DNA of 64,000 nucleotides from a virus (taxonomy: Duplodnaviria > Caudoviricetes): the IMG/VR virus record IMGVR_UViG_2675903060_000003, positions 33,178 through 97,177 of that record; one strand, 5' to 3'. Positions 1 to 9,502 of this stretch are shown piece by piece. Position numbers and translations under genes: made by a program. Below the pieces are notes generated by a model that ran no database searches, was not told the DNA's origin, and was given only the letters and a program-made list of their open reading frames with translations. Position 1 is the first letter of the stretch, and the number at the start of each line of letters is the position of its first letter.

Positions 1-514
1 GTACGGCCATTAGCCCGCAGAAGGCGCACGGGTCGGCATCGGTGACCCTCGCCCAGCCGATCGCCTCGGGATCCTCATCCAGCGCCTCGATGATGGTGTC
101 CCGTCCAACGTCCGCCACGAGCTTCTGGGCTGCACCTTGCGCCTTCTTCTCGGCGGCGCCCAGCCGCTGCTCGATCGGTGGCGGGTTCTCGTCCTCGGGG
201 ATCCACAGGTCCTTCGTGGCCCACCGCAGCGATACTTCCGCCTTCCCGCCTGGGATCCCGGCCGGCGCGGGCACGAACACCCCGCGGGAGCGGGCAATGT
301 CCCGCTCCTCGGAGTAGTAGTCGGCGGCGAGCGTCCCCGACATGCGGGCAAACGCCTCCAGCAGTTCCTTCACCGCCTCGATCCACAGTGGGATCGTGGT
401 CGCGAACGCGCCGAGACGGATCAGATCCCACAGCGGGCCGAGTTGCTCGGCCAGACGGGCAGACAGGGCGCGCTGGGCGGCCTGATGCTCAGCGGCCCTC
501 GACTGCTGCGTCAT
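1..514 (-). CDS. Head maturation / MuF-like minor capsid protein (5' part; runs off the window)
   Basis: Manually translated MTQQSRAAEHQAAQRAL...TLAADYY...GWARVTDADPCAFCGLMAVR; GGAGG RBS; directly after portal; the WARV...CxFC motif is typical of this actinophage protein. Confidence 0.8.
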   Translation of the reverse strand, partial: MTQQSRAAEHQAAQRALSARLAEQLGPLWDLIRLGAFATTIPLWIEAVKELLEAFARMSGTLAADYYSEERDIARSRGVFVPAPAGIPGGKAEVSLRWATKDLWIPEDENPPPIEQRLGAAEKKAQGAAQKLVADVGRDTIIEALDEDPEAIGWARVTDADPCAFCGLMAV

Positions 515-1928
515 CCGCGGCCTCCGGCTCAGCCTCGCGTCCATGTGCCGCACGGCGGGCGGCGAGCTCGTTGCCGAGGTCAGTCAGCGCCTGCCGGCCC
601 TGTGCGCGCCGTCGGTCTGCGTGGACCCGGCGCCGCTGCCCCTCGGTCAGGCCGACCATCTCCAGCGTGACGTCCGAGTCCGCGGGAAGGATGCCCGCCG
701 CGACCAGCTTTGTCGCAGCGTCGGTCTGGCTGGCCATCGTCGGCGTGGCCGGGTTGCGCCACACCGTTTCGATGCGGCGGGACCGGTCAGGGAGGTCCCC
801 TGTCTGGATCAGGATCGCGAGGCGGAACACCTGGCTCCATGGCGTGTTGAACAGCGTCTGCTTGCGCTCGGCGCGCTTCACCAGTTGAGCTTCGGTCGAG
901 CGGATCGCGTCCGCCGACGCCGGATTGTCCGTGGTGTAGCCCAGGTAGTGCGGCGGCAGGCCAAGCTGGGTGGCCATGATCCGCGCGTACATGTCGATCA
1001 TCCGCGTGTACACGGACGGGTCGTAGGCGGCGAACTGGCCCACGGTCGGGACCTCGCCGTCCTCGTCCCGCTCCAGCGCCAGCACGCGGCCCAAATAAGC
1101 TTCCCAGGCGCTCTTGGCGTTGCCTTCGGCGTCCTGGAACGCCGACTCGGACGCGCCGAGGATGTACCGCTGGGGGGCGCCGTAGAACTCGCGGGCGACC
1201 TCCATCCCCATCAGGGTTCGGCAGGCAGCGTCCGTGATGGACATGACCGCGTTCGTGATCTCGGATCGTCCGATCCGGTCCGCCGTCCGCTGACGGTTCG
1301 AGATCCGCACCACCGGCGGCAGCCCGAGTCCGTGGTCGTCGCGGTCGATGACCTCCCAGCCGGAGTTCGTCGCCACCACGTGGATGGACGAGTTCGGCAG
1401 GTACAGCACCGCCGCATCCTGGTCTTCGATCTTGTACAGGCGCAGCCCGCTCGTGACGGCGCGGGCTCGGGCGTCGTAGAAGACCGTCATGTCCAGCGGC
1501 GACTCGATCGAGATCAGCGGCGGCATGTCGGCGTCCTCACTCGACCCGACCGCCGCATACGACCGGCCGTAGATCAGCGAATCGAGGTGCGCGAGCTGCG
1601 ACTCGGCGACCAGCTCATTCGCCTCCGCGATCTCTTCCAGCTCGGTGGAATCGTCTGGCGCGTCCTTGTACCGCCACGCTTCGACGTCGAGCCGCTGCTC
1701 CAGCGCGTCCACACCGATCTGAGGCCACCCAATGACGGTGTGCAAGCCCTTGAGCTGCGGCGGGATCGAAATCCCCAGGTCGCGGATGAGCTGCTCGCCG
1801 TTGTAGTAGCAATCCCGCAGCTCCAGGTCGAAACGGCGCGATATCAGTTCGCTCCGCAGCACGCCGAGCAGCGCCGCCTCGTCGTCCGTCAAGGTCAGCA
1901 GCCCCAGCTCGGGAATCGTGACGGTCAC
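489..1928 (-). CDS. Portal protein (SPP1 Gp6-like)
   Basis: YYNGEQ, VIGWPQIGVDALEQRL, GRSEIT, EFYGAPQRYILG, NPASADAIR, WRNPATPT motifs; GTG start overlaps the terminase stop. Confidence 0.95.
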   Translation of the reverse strand: MTVTIPELGLLTLTDDEAALLGVLRSELISRRFDLELRDCYYNGEQLIRDLGISIPPQLKGLHTVIGWPQIGVDALEQRLDVEAWRYKDAPDDSTELEEIAEANELVAESQLAHLDSLIYGRSYAAVGSSEDADMPPLISIESPLDMTVFYDARARAVTSGLRLYKIEDQDAAVLYLPNSSIHVVATNSGWEVIDRDDHGLGLPPVVRISNRQRTADRIGRSEITNAVMSITDAACRTLMGMEVAREFYGAPQRYILGASESAFQDAEGNAKSAWEAYLGRVLALERDEDGEVPTVGQFAAYDPSVYTRMIDMYARIMATQLGLPPHYLGYTTDNPASADAIRSTEAQLVKRAERKQTLFNTPWSQVFRLAILIQTGDLPDRSRRIETVWRNPATPTMASQTDAATKLVAAGILPADSDVTLEMVGLTEGQRRRVHADRRRAQGRQALTDLGNELAARRAAHGREAEPEAADDAAVEGR

Positions 1929-3583
1929 CGCAGCACCACCGCCCGCCCTTGTCCTCTGCGACCCAGACCCTTGGAGATGGCGTCGAGACGTGCCTGCCAC
2001 GCCAGCATGGCCGCGATGGCGGCGTCGATCTTCCGCCGTGATGTCGGATGCTCTTTTGCGATCGTCAGCCCCGACCTCGACGGCCGGCGGCGAGCGTTCA
2101 GCATGTGGCGGGTCAGCGCGAACGACCCGTCATGAGAGAGCTCGCCGTTCACGATCGCCGCGTGCAGCTGCTCCAACGCTCTGACGACCATGTTGGTGCG
2201 GTTCATCCACCACTCGATCGGGTGATTCTGCGACGACCGCACCCGCAGCCGCCGCCCGTACGTGTACTCCCAATCCGCGACGTACGACCGCCAGTCCGCG
2301 GCCGGGTCTGCGTAGAAGCCCACCACCCGGTAGCGCTGGAAAGCGGACCGGACTGCGGCCTCGACTTCCGGGATCGGCACCCACCAGTCGCGGCCTGCAG
2401 CGCCGTCCGGCTGCTCCCACACCGCGACCTCGAACAGGTGCCCGTCGCTGACGCGGCAGCCGATCAACGCCGTGGCGTCCGTCACCCCACGCTCGCGGTG
2501 CCGGGAACCGTCGAACCCGAGCGTGATCCGCTCCCCGTCCGCGACCACCTTGGAGGCGTCCACGCACGCTGCCCACTCCGGCTGAGACAGCCACGAGTCC
2601 GATGCGTGCGTGACCTGGTTGCCGTAGTACTGGCGCGACGATTCGGGCGTCGTGGCCGGGTCGTGAATCTCGGCGACGATCCGGTCCAGGTCCACCCAGC
2701 CGCGACGCTCGCACGGCGGCTCGTGGATGCGACACCCACCCGGCAGGTTCGCCGAGTCGCCGTAGGCGTAGGCCAGCCCGTTGTACAGCGACCCCGGATC
2801 CGACATGTCGGTCTCCGGCGGCCACTCCCGGTGGTCGTACAGCAGACCCTCATCCTTGGCTCTACCCTCCAGGATCTGCTGCAGGTACTGGGCGGACGCC
2901 TCGGCAACCGACTCCTCACCGGGCACGTAGGCGTTCGGAGCTTCGATCGATGAGCCGCCGGTCTTGCCCAGGTTCCGGCGCAGCGTCGCCGCGAGCCGCA
3001 CCCCGCCGTTGACCGGCATCCACGACTCGGTCTGGTCGAGACACACATGCACGGGCCGGTTGCCCTCACGGCTAGTCGCCGCGGCGGTCACGAACTCGAT
3101 CCGGCCCTTCGGCAAGGCGACGAACGTGTCCATCGGGTCGAGTCCCGGATAGGCGTCCATCACCGGGCCCTCGCGGAGCATCTCCAGCAGCGGCGCCCAC
3201 GCGTTCTTCGTCTGGTCCTCGCTGGTGGCCGCGATCTGCACCCACGGGGTGCGGATGTCCGACCATGGCCGGCCCACGGGCTGCCCGTCGGCGTCCCAGC
3301 CGTCCGGGACGACGGGCCCCATCCCCTCGGCGGCGCAGATGGCGCTCAGCAGCGGAGACTTTCCCGCGCCCTTCGGCCGGCTGTAGACGGCACGCCGGTA
3401 GCGCCGCTTACCCGTAACCGGGTTGATCTCGTAGAAGGCCAGGACGAACGCCGCCTGCTCCTTCGTCAGGATCAGCGGCTCGTACTCGCTCCGGTCAGGT
3501 GCCGCGAGATGGTCCTCAATCCACGCCAGGACCTCCCAGCCCAGCGTTGGCCGCTCTCCGGGGTACGACGGACGCCACGGCAA
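1925..3583 (-). CDS. Terminase large subunit
   Basis: Walker A RPKGAGKS, QIAATSEDQ, LGFDGS nuclease motif, C-terminal KIDAAIAA; TTG start after GGAGG. Confidence 0.95.
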   Translation of the reverse strand: MPWRPSYPGERPTLGWEVLAWIEDHLAAPDRSEYEPLILTKEQAAFVLAFYEINPVTGKRRYRRAVYSRPKGAGKSPLLSAICAAEGMGPVVPDGWDADGQPVGRPWSDIRTPWVQIAATSEDQTKNAWAPLLEMLREGPVMDAYPGLDPMDTFVALPKGRIEFVTAAATSREGNRPVHVCLDQTESWMPVNGGVRLAATLRRNLGKTGGSSIEAPNAYVPGEESVAEASAQYLQQILEGRAKDEGLLYDHREWPPETDMSDPGSLYNGLAYAYGDSANLPGGCRIHEPPCERRGWVDLDRIVAEIHDPATTPESSRQYYGNQVTHASDSWLSQPEWAACVDASKVVADGERITLGFDGSRHRERGVTDATALIGCRVSDGHLFEVAVWEQPDGAAGRDWWVPIPEVEAAVRSAFQRYRVVGFYADPAADWRSYVADWEYTYGRRLRVRSSQNHPIEWWMNRTNMVVRALEQLHAAIVNGELSHDGSFALTRHMLNARRRPSRSGLTIAKEHPTSRRKIDAAIAAMLAWQARLDAISKGLGRRGQGRAVVLR

Positions 3584-3596
3584 GGGAGAACCTCCC

Positions 3597-4061
3597 TCAC
3601 GCGTTCTCTGCGGCTCCATCGGGGCGGTTCACACCGGGCAGAACCCGCAGATCCCCGTAACGCTGGCGGGCCGTCTCCTGCACGGGTGGCCGCTTGGAGT
3701 CCTTCTCGTCGGCGTCGGCGAAGACGAGCCGGAGCCTTGCGCGATCTTCAGGGGTGGCGCCGAACTTGGCCACCCGTAGCCGAACCTCGGCCGCGAGCGT
3801 CCACTGCCCCTTGGACCACATGGCGTCGTGCATGAGCGCGGTGTCGAGCAGGAAGTACCAATCCGACTCGATCATCACTTCGGCTTGAGGCGACCGCTTC
3901 CACATCTCCCACCATGCGCGAGTGCGTGGATGCCAGTCGATCTCCTCAGGGAGATCAGGCGGCTCCGCCTTCTCGAAGCGCAGCACCGTCTGCGGAACAG
4001 GATCAGCATTCGTACGAGCCCGCCGATGCGCCGGCTTGGGTGCAGGGCCACGACCAGCCAC
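3597..4061 (-). CDS. Terminase small subunit
   Basis: MAGRGPAPKP...WHPRTRAWW...AEVRLRVAKFGATPEDRARLR; immediately upstream of TerL. Confidence 0.9.
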   Translation of the reverse strand: MAGRGPAPKPAHRRARTNADPVPQTVLRFEKAEPPDLPEEIDWHPRTRAWWEMWKRSPQAEVMIESDWYFLLDTALMHDAMWSKGQWTLAAEVRLRVAKFGATPEDRARLRLVFADADEKDSKRPPVQETARQRYGDLRVLPGVNRPDGAAENA

Positions 4062-4263
4062 GGAGGATCACCTCCTGAGCGAAAGGGGGTAACAGAAAGT
4101 CAAGATCGCGAGGCCCCAGACCTGTAGCCAACCACGGCGCGTACACCTGCCGATGCCGGGCGATCCCCCCATACCGGGCATCCCCCCACCTCAGGCGGAA
4201 ACCGGACACTTGGTTGTCGCCCTGGGTGATGAGCGTGGCTGTGAGCGATGGGCATGCGCGTCA
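4062..4263. other. Non-coding region upstream of terS; candidate packaging (cos/pac) site
   Basis: 200-bp gap with G/C runs between the last small ORF and terS; positional inference only. Confidence 0.3.
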
Positions 4264-4449
4264 CTACTCGCGCCCATCAAGAGCGTGATGCACGAGCACC
4301 CAGCCCATCGACCCGTCCTCGCGAGGCACAGGCACCACCCTTGGTCCGCACACGCACTCGGGCTCGGAGGTGGACGTGTCGTGCGCTACGAGATCACCCA
4401 CAGGATGGACGTGCAGCACGTCAGCATGCTCGACGTCAGTCATCGTCAT
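4264..4449 (-). CDS. Hypothetical protein (His/Cys-rich, 61 aa)
   Basis: ORF overlapping the upstream gene; HxxxxxxxCxCGP...HH. Confidence 0.7.
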   Translation of the reverse strand: MTMTDVEHADVLHVHPVGDLVAHDTSTSEPECVCGPRVVPVPREDGSMGWVLVHHALDGRE

Positions 4450-4675
4450 CCCCTACGACGAGGAACTGCTGCGCCTCGATGATGCGCTCTGCTGCCTTGA
4501 TGAGCCCGTACTGGGTGATCCAGTCGAGTGCATCGCTGTCAGCTATGGCGAGCCCTGACTGTCCATCAGGGTTGACCACCTTGGCGATGAGGATGACATC
4601 GGAGACGAGAGAACCCTCATCGAGGTCGAGGGTGACGCCCAAGCCATCGACTATGGGGCCGGCAGGCTGTTCCAT
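4436..4675 (-). CDS. Hypothetical protein (79 aa)
   Basis: Protein-like composition, GAGAGG RBS, operon context. Confidence 0.75.
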   Translation of the reverse strand: MEQPAGPIVDGLGVTLDLDEGSLVSDVILIAKVVNPDGQSGLAIADSDALDWITQYGLIKAAERIIEAQQFLVVGDDDD

Positions 4676-4690
4676 CGCGGCCCCTCTCTG

Positions 4691-4903
4691 TCAGCGGTTT
4701 CGTCGGTCTCCCGTGTAGTAGCCGACGTTACGCATGTGGAGACGCTGGCAGAAGCCTGCTGCCCTCGGGCCCAGGTACTTCTTGAGCATGCGGTTGCAGC
4801 GGGTCCAGTCGCCCTTGGTACCCCATTTGATCTTGGCCCCGCCTTGGCCACCCGTGCTCCAGTAGCGGCGGAGGGCTTCAGCGTTGCCGCTCTTGCGTGC
4901 CAT
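4691..4903 (-). CDS. Small basic phage protein (70 aa)
   Basis: GNAEALRRYW..GGAKIKWGTKGDWTRC...CQRLH; GAGG RBS. Confidence 0.8.
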   Translation of the reverse strand: MARKSGNAEALRRYWSTGGQGGAKIKWGTKGDWTRCNRMLKKYLGPRAAGFCQRLHMRNVGYYTGDRRNR

Positions 4904-4952
4904 GGTCGATCACCTCGGCGTTTCCTGTTCCCGCGATCGCTTGTGGTAGTCG

Positions 4953-5231
4953 CTAGTCTCGGTCTCCGAGGAGCCGGTCCAGCTTCGCTTCGATGCGCTC
5001 TAGGTCGCGCGCGTCTGCCTGGAACAGCAGGTGTTTCGCGCCGAGCAGCAGCGTGGCCTGGATGATGAGCTGCAGGTATTCCGACTGCCAGTTTTCGAAC
5101 GTGGCCGCCCAGAACTCGGTCCAGCCCTTCTCTGCTATCTCGGGCTGCATCGCGACCGCCTGCCCGATCCATGAGCCGGCGAACAGGACGGCGAGGATGT
5201 AGACGGCGCCCCAGCGGCGGAAGTGCTTCAT
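4953..5231 (-). CDS. Small membrane protein (DUF6766-like)
   Basis: N-terminal TM helix and FWAATFENWQSEYLQ motif; GAGGAGG RBS. Confidence 0.7.
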   Translation of the reverse strand: MKHFRRWGAVYILAVLFAGSWIGQAVAMQPEIAEKGWTEFWAATFENWQSEYLQLIIQATLLLGAKHLLFQADARDLERIEAKLDRLLGDRD

Positions 5232-5256
5232 GGTGCGCCTCCTCTGAGGGTGTTTG

Positions 5257-6225
5257 TCAGTTGTCGATCCATGCCTCTTCGGCGCGGTCGATGGCGTCAT
5301 AGAAGGCGCTCTGGTTCGGGCCGTCCACGACGACGCCCCAAGCGTCGCCGGTGGCCGGGGTGACGCGCAGGACGTTGCCGGATCCGGTGCCGCCCCATTC
5401 GCCATCGAGTTCGATGCGGACCTTGCCGGCGTTGGTGGAGACCTCCCGCCGGCGTACCCCCGTGTCCGGGCCGTCCGGGCTGTCTTCGTCGAAGCCTTCG
5501 ATGACGACGTCGATGGCGCGGCGGATGCGGGCGATGGATGCGGCGTTGAACGCGGTCTCCACGGGGGTGCCGTCGTCGCCGAGGTGCCGAAAGGCGATCT
5601 TGCCGTCGTCGGTGGGGTAGACGTCGATGTCGCCGTAGTCGGTGGGGACGCGGCTGGAGGAGTCGAGCCGGAACAGCGCTTCGTCGAGTTTGTCGATGTC
5701 GTTGCGGCTGAGGTTGACGGCGGGGGTGTTCGTGAGCGCTTCGATGCTGTCGGCGTCGCCGGCGACCCGCAGCGAATAGGAGTCGTCTCCGTCCTTCTGG
5801 ATGTGCGCGACGAGGTGTGAGACCGGCTGCTTGTCGGGGCCGGTCGTGTAGTAGCGGACGATCTGCGATGTGCCGACGTCCACGTCTTCGCCGGCCATGT
5901 CGCCGAGGCTGCGGTTCAGTTCCTCTGTGGCCCGCTTGTCGAGGGTGATGGAGGTGCCGTTCGCGGTGAGGGTGGTGGTGCCGTCGCTGTGGCGGTCGAG
6001 GGCGATCTCTTTGCCGTCGCGGGTGCGGATGTCTGCGCCGTTGATGATGCTGGGCATGCCTTGGCCGGTGGAGTGCCGGCTGGGTGAGTCTTTGACGGCG
6101 TCGGGGCGGGCGGTGTCGCGGAGGGCGGTGGAGATGGCGGACGGGTTGCCGCCGGAGGCTTTGCTGGCGAACTTGCCTTCGCGGTCGCGGGCGATGGCCG
6201 ACTCTCGGAAGGTGTGGGATCGCAT
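5257..6225 (-). CDS. Hypothetical protein (~322 aa) with an N-terminal RDxxGKF motif
   Basis: Long ORF with strong codon bias; AGGAGG RBS. Confidence 0.8.
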   Translation of the reverse strand: MRSHTFRESAIARDREGKFASKASGGNPSAISTALRDTARPDAVKDSPSRHSTGQGMPSIINGADIRTRDGKEIALDRHSDGTTTLTANGTSITLDKRATEELNRSLGDMAGEDVDVGTSQIVRYYTTGPDKQPVSHLVAHIQKDGDDSYSLRVAGDADSIEALTNTPAVNLSRNDIDKLDEALFRLDSSSRVPTDYGDIDVYPTDDGKIAFRHLGDDGTPVETAFNAASIARIRRAIDVVIEGFDEDSPDGPDTGVRRREVSTNAGKVRIELDGEWGGTGSGNVLRVTPATGDAWGVVVDGPNQSAFYDAIDRAEEAWIDN

Positions 6226-6384
6226 CGGGGCGTCCTCCTTCCGCACAGGCGGCGGTGACGCAGTGTCACATGCGCCGGTTCGTGGAGGCGTCTGGCGAGG
6301 TATCCGGCGGGTGGAGACCGGAGACTTTCCGCAGGATGTGCGGGGTGCACGCTGAGTGATGGGCCTACGGGCGGATGGTGGTCT

Positions 6385-6624
6385 TCACGGCTCCCGGTGG
6401 GTGGACTGCAAGTGCTTGGCCGCCTCTCCGATCAAGGCGGCGACGCTGGTCACGGTCACGACCTTCACATCCGCGTGCGCGGCCAGCGCGGACAGGTAGG
6501 CGAGTGGCCGGCCGTCGTCGAAGTGGTCGCGGCAGTGCAGGCCGACGCCTCCGTCTTCGTCTCCGCACAGGTAGAGGCGTGGATGGAGGAGCGCGGCGAT
6601 GAGGTCGTCCTTGGCCACCTTCAC
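6385..6624 (-). CDS. Hypothetical protein
   Basis: GTGA-coupled to the upstream gene. Confidence 0.65.
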   Translation of the reverse strand: MKVAKDDLIAALLHPRLYLCGDEDGGVGLHCRDHFDDGRPLAYLSALAAHADVKVVTVTSVAALIGEAAKHLQSTHREP

Positions 6625-6779
6625 GAGCCGGGTCCTCGGACGCTGGCGGAGAGGATCTGGCCGACCAGGTAGAGGGCCTGGTTCTCGTTGAAGCCCGCGC
6701 CGACGTAGGCCATGTACGCCTCGTGGAGTTGCACGGCGGCGGCAGCGAGCAGAGTGATCGGGTCCTCGGGATCAGGCAT
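6621..6779 (-). CDS. Small helical phage protein
   Basis: MPDPEDPITLLAAAAVQLHEAYMAYVGAGFNENQAL; GAGG RBS. Confidence 0.75.
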   Translation of the reverse strand: MPDPEDPITLLAAAAVQLHEAYMAYVGAGFNENQALYLVGQILSASVRGPGS

Positions 6780-7092
6780 CGGCGTCCTCTCGGCGTGAGG
6801 GTTGGAAGCCTTCGCGGAATCGATCAAGGGGAATCTCTTCGCCGGAGGGCATCTCCACGAGGTCATCGCCAAAGAGAAGGCGGACTACCGGCACGCCGAA
6901 CACTGTCGCGAGCAAGACGATCTCCATGAGTGACACAGGGCGTCGAAGGGTCTCCAGCTGTGTGACCCTGTTCGGTGTCCAGCGCGCACCTTGGGCGCAC
7001 ATCTGGCGCGCGAGGTCGGCCTGCGTCCACCCCTGCTGTTCCCTCAGCTCCGCCATATTGCGGGCAATGACGTGCTCCAATCGCACGGCCAC
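6772..7092 (-). CDS. XRE-family HTH regulator
   Basis: NMAELREQQGWTQADLARQM...VTQLETLRRPVSLMEIVLLATVFGV. Confidence 0.9.
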   Translation of the reverse strand: MAVRLEHVIARNMAELREQQGWTQADLARQMCAQGARWTPNRVTQLETLRRPVSLMEIVLLATVFGVPVVRLLFGDDLVEMPSGEEIPLDRFREGFQPSRREDADA

Positions 7093-7219
7093 GTTGCGTC
7101 TTCTCCTCGTGATGGGCGAGAGCCCGGCGCACGAGGACGCCGGGCTCTCTACCTCCAGGAGCTACCTGGAGGGTTCTAATGGGGGCAGTGCAGGCGTGCG
7201 TCTGCGGGATGATGAAGCC

Positions 7220-7504
7220 ATGGGCATGCAGATCATCAAGCAGCCGTCCGGCCAGTTCGCCATCTTCGACTCCGTCACGGACACGGTCATCGTCTGGGAC
7301 GCAACCGAAGAGGAGGTCGTCGAGTACTTCGCCGAACGGGCCGCTGACCGCGCTCGCGAAGATGCCCGCCGCCAGGTCAGCCACGTCGCCGCAGGGAACC
7401 CGCGCAAGGCGTACTTCCAGTTCGCCATGACGTGGGATGAGGCGCTCACCAAGGATCGGAAGCATGGCGGCACAGCGTGGAAGGAGTGCCAGCAGCGTGG
7501 ATGA
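7220..7504 (+). CDS. Hypothetical protein (94 aa), opposite strand, probably leaderless
   Basis: MGMQIIKQPSGQFAIFDSVTDTVIVWDATEEEV; GATGAT -10-like box 6 nt before the ATG. Confidence 0.75.
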   Translation: MGMQIIKQPSGQFAIFDSVTDTVIVWDATEEEVVEYFAERAADRAREDARRQVSHVAAGNPRKAYFQFAMTWDEALTKDRKHGGTAWKECQQRG

Positions 7505-7521
7505 TCTCGCGAAGCGCCCGG

Positions 7522-7830
7522 CTATCTGATCCCGGGGTGCCGTTCCGGCGGCCTCCGCATCCGTCCTTGCTTGTCCGCCTTTGCCTTGCCGCCCTCGGAC
7601 GACGACTTGTAGACGTGGCACCGCTGGGCGGTCCGGAGCCCGTGGATGGGCCTCAGCACCTCTATGCGGTGGTCGGTGCGGTCGCCGAGGTGGTCCACGT
7701 CCGTCGCCCCCGGCTCCCCGCACACGTGGCAGGTGTCGCCGTACACGCGGAAGCACTCGGCGCGGATTTCTGGCCAGTCGGTCGGCAAGTCTGCCGAGCG
7801 GTCGTGGCCTGCCCACTGTGCGTTTGCCAT
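7522..7830 (-). CDS. HNH endonuclease (packaging-associated type)
   Basis: WPEIRAECF...CHVCGEPGATDVDH...CHVYKSSSEG. Confidence 0.85.
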   Translation of the reverse strand: MANAQWAGHDRSADLPTDWPEIRAECFRVYGDTCHVCGEPGATDVDHLGDRTDHRIEVLRPIHGLRTAQRCHVYKSSSEGGKAKADKQGRMRRPPERHPGIR

Positions 7831-8528
7831 CAGCCCACGCCCAAGCTTGCGGCGCGCTCCGAGATCAGTGCCCGGATCGCTGCCCCGTCCCCGGCTGCGT
7901 CCATGTACCGCTGGTAGAGGGCGACGGCCTGCTCGTACGCCGGTCCTGTCTTCGCCGCGGACTGGTGGTGCAGGGCGTACACGCGGCCTTCGTGGCGCAC
8001 GGGCTCTGCGCCGAGGAGCGTGCGGTGGCTGATCAGCCACGCCACGTCCTCCGGAGCCCAGCCGAGGAAGCGCTCGTCCTGCCCGCCGCACGCCCACCAC
8101 GTCTCCAGCGAGGTTACGTACACGCCCGAGGTGGCTGCGGGCACCACCAGATGGTTGCAGCGGTCAAGCGGCGCCCCGCGCCGGTATTGGGCTGTGCCGT
8201 CCGCTCTTAGCGACCGGTACTCGGTGTACGGCAGATGCACCCGCCCGCTGACGGCTGCGCCTTCGACCGCCGCCAGCAGCGGCTCCCTCTCGGGCAGCGT
8301 GTCCGCGTCGCCGAGCACCACCACGTCCGCGCCGGACTCCTCCGCCAGCCGGACGCCCCGGTTGCGGCAGGCGGCCAGACAGAACGGCTCATGCCCGGTG
8401 TCCACATCCACGATCTCGACGCCCGGCAGCAGCTCCCGGTAGCGGGCCACCGTCAACCGGTGGGCGAGCACACGGGACGGCTGAGGTCTCCACGGGATCA
8501 CGACCAGCACCCGAAGGTCAGTAGTCAT
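7830..8528 (-). CDS. Glycosyltransferase (GT-A fold, galactosyltransferase-like C-terminus)
   Basis: VVIPWR, AACRNRG, DAD motif, GGQDERFLGWAPED. Confidence 0.9.
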   Translation of the reverse strand: MTTDLRVLVVIPWRPQPSRVLAHRLTVARYRELLPGVEIVDVDTGHEPFCLAACRNRGVRLAEESGADVVVLGDADTLPEREPLLAAVEGAAVSGRVHLPYTEYRSLRADGTAQYRRGAPLDRCNHLVVPAATSGVYVTSLETWWACGGQDERFLGWAPEDVAWLISHRTLLGAEPVRHEGRVYALHHQSAAKTGPAYEQAVALYQRYMDAAGDGAAIRALISERAASLGVG

Positions 8529-9183
8529 GCCCTGCCCTTTCGTGCCCGATGTGCGTCACCAACGGCGTATCGTCACGGCGGCCCCAGTACGCGCCGCGCG
8601 CCTTCGGGTCGGTGAACAGTTCCCGGCCGAACCTCGACTCCGACCAGTCGCCCTCAGGCCACGGCCGGCGCAGCGTCGAAGCGGGGATGAGGGACGGGTT
8701 GCCGGTGAAGCAGGCCCGGTGCTCAATCCACGAGTAGGTGTCCTCCGTGCGCTGCTGGAAGAGGTTGCCCTGCGCCTCCAGCGCCTCGATCAACCCGCCG
8801 CGCTCGCGCTCGTTGTGGAACCACGGCTGGCGCACCAGGGCAACCTGTGTCAGGTACGGGTGGCCATCCAGCACTGTGGCGAGGTCGGCGGCGTCAAGCG
8901 GCTGGTTGAGGACGAAGTCCTCCTCCCAGAAGAACACCCAGCGGCAGCCTGCGGCGGCCTGCCAGACACGGCGCATCGCCCGCCAGTACCCGGCCCGGTC
9001 TTCGGCGACGGGGACGACCTCGGCCGTGAACTCGGCTTGCAGCCAGTCCCGGTAAGCAGCGTCTCCGGAGTCGTCCACAATCAGCGGCGACCCCACACCG
9101 GACAGGTTGGCGCGGATAGACGCGAGCGCCTGCGTGATGCAGTCCTTACGCCCGTTGCCGAGGACGATCAGTGGAACCGACAC
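8518..9183 (-). CDS. Glycosyltransferase (GT-A fold)
   Basis: IVDDSG, FFWEEDF (DxD-like), FTGNPSL, VTHIG. Confidence 0.85.
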   Translation of the reverse strand: MSVPLIVLGNGRKDCITQALASIRANLSGVGSPLIVDDSGDAAYRDWLQAEFTAEVVPVAEDRAGYWRAMRRVWQAAAGCRWVFFWEEDFVLNQPLDAADLATVLDGHPYLTQVALVRQPWFHNERERGGLIEALEAQGNLFQQRTEDTYSWIEHRACFTGNPSLIPASTLRRPWPEGDWSESRFGRELFTDPKARGAYWGRRDDTPLVTHIGHERAGHDY

Positions 9184-9222
9184 AGGCGACCGCCTCTCTC
9201 GCCATGCGAGGCGGCCGTCGCT

Positions 9223-9495
9223 CTATTCGTGCTGGTAGAACTCGTAGATGTGAGCGCCGTCGTCAGTGACCGAGCCTGTAGGCCGATAGTCCGCGACGGG
9301 CATGTGTGAATCCCAAGGGTCCGCATACTCGAATGTCGTCAGCGGCCTAGCCTCGGGCTGTCTCCACATGGGCGGAAGCTCGTGCCAGCGAAACCTCGTC
9401 CCGTCGTCGCCATTCGGTCCACGCAACTCGATCAGGAATGGCTTGTCTGCCCAATCCTCGCGATTGAACTTCGACAGGGCATTCACATCGTCCAT
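9223..9495 (-). CDS. Hypothetical protein inserted in the glycosylation cassette
   Basis: 90-aa ORF with lower GC than its neighbours; CATAAT box just upstream. Confidence 0.65.
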   Translation of the reverse strand: MDDVNALSKFNREDWADKPFLIELRGPNGDDGTRFRWHELPPMWRQPEARPLTTFEYADPWDSHMPVADYRPTGSVTDDGAHIYEFYQHE

Positions 9496-9502
9496 CGTCC
9501 CA

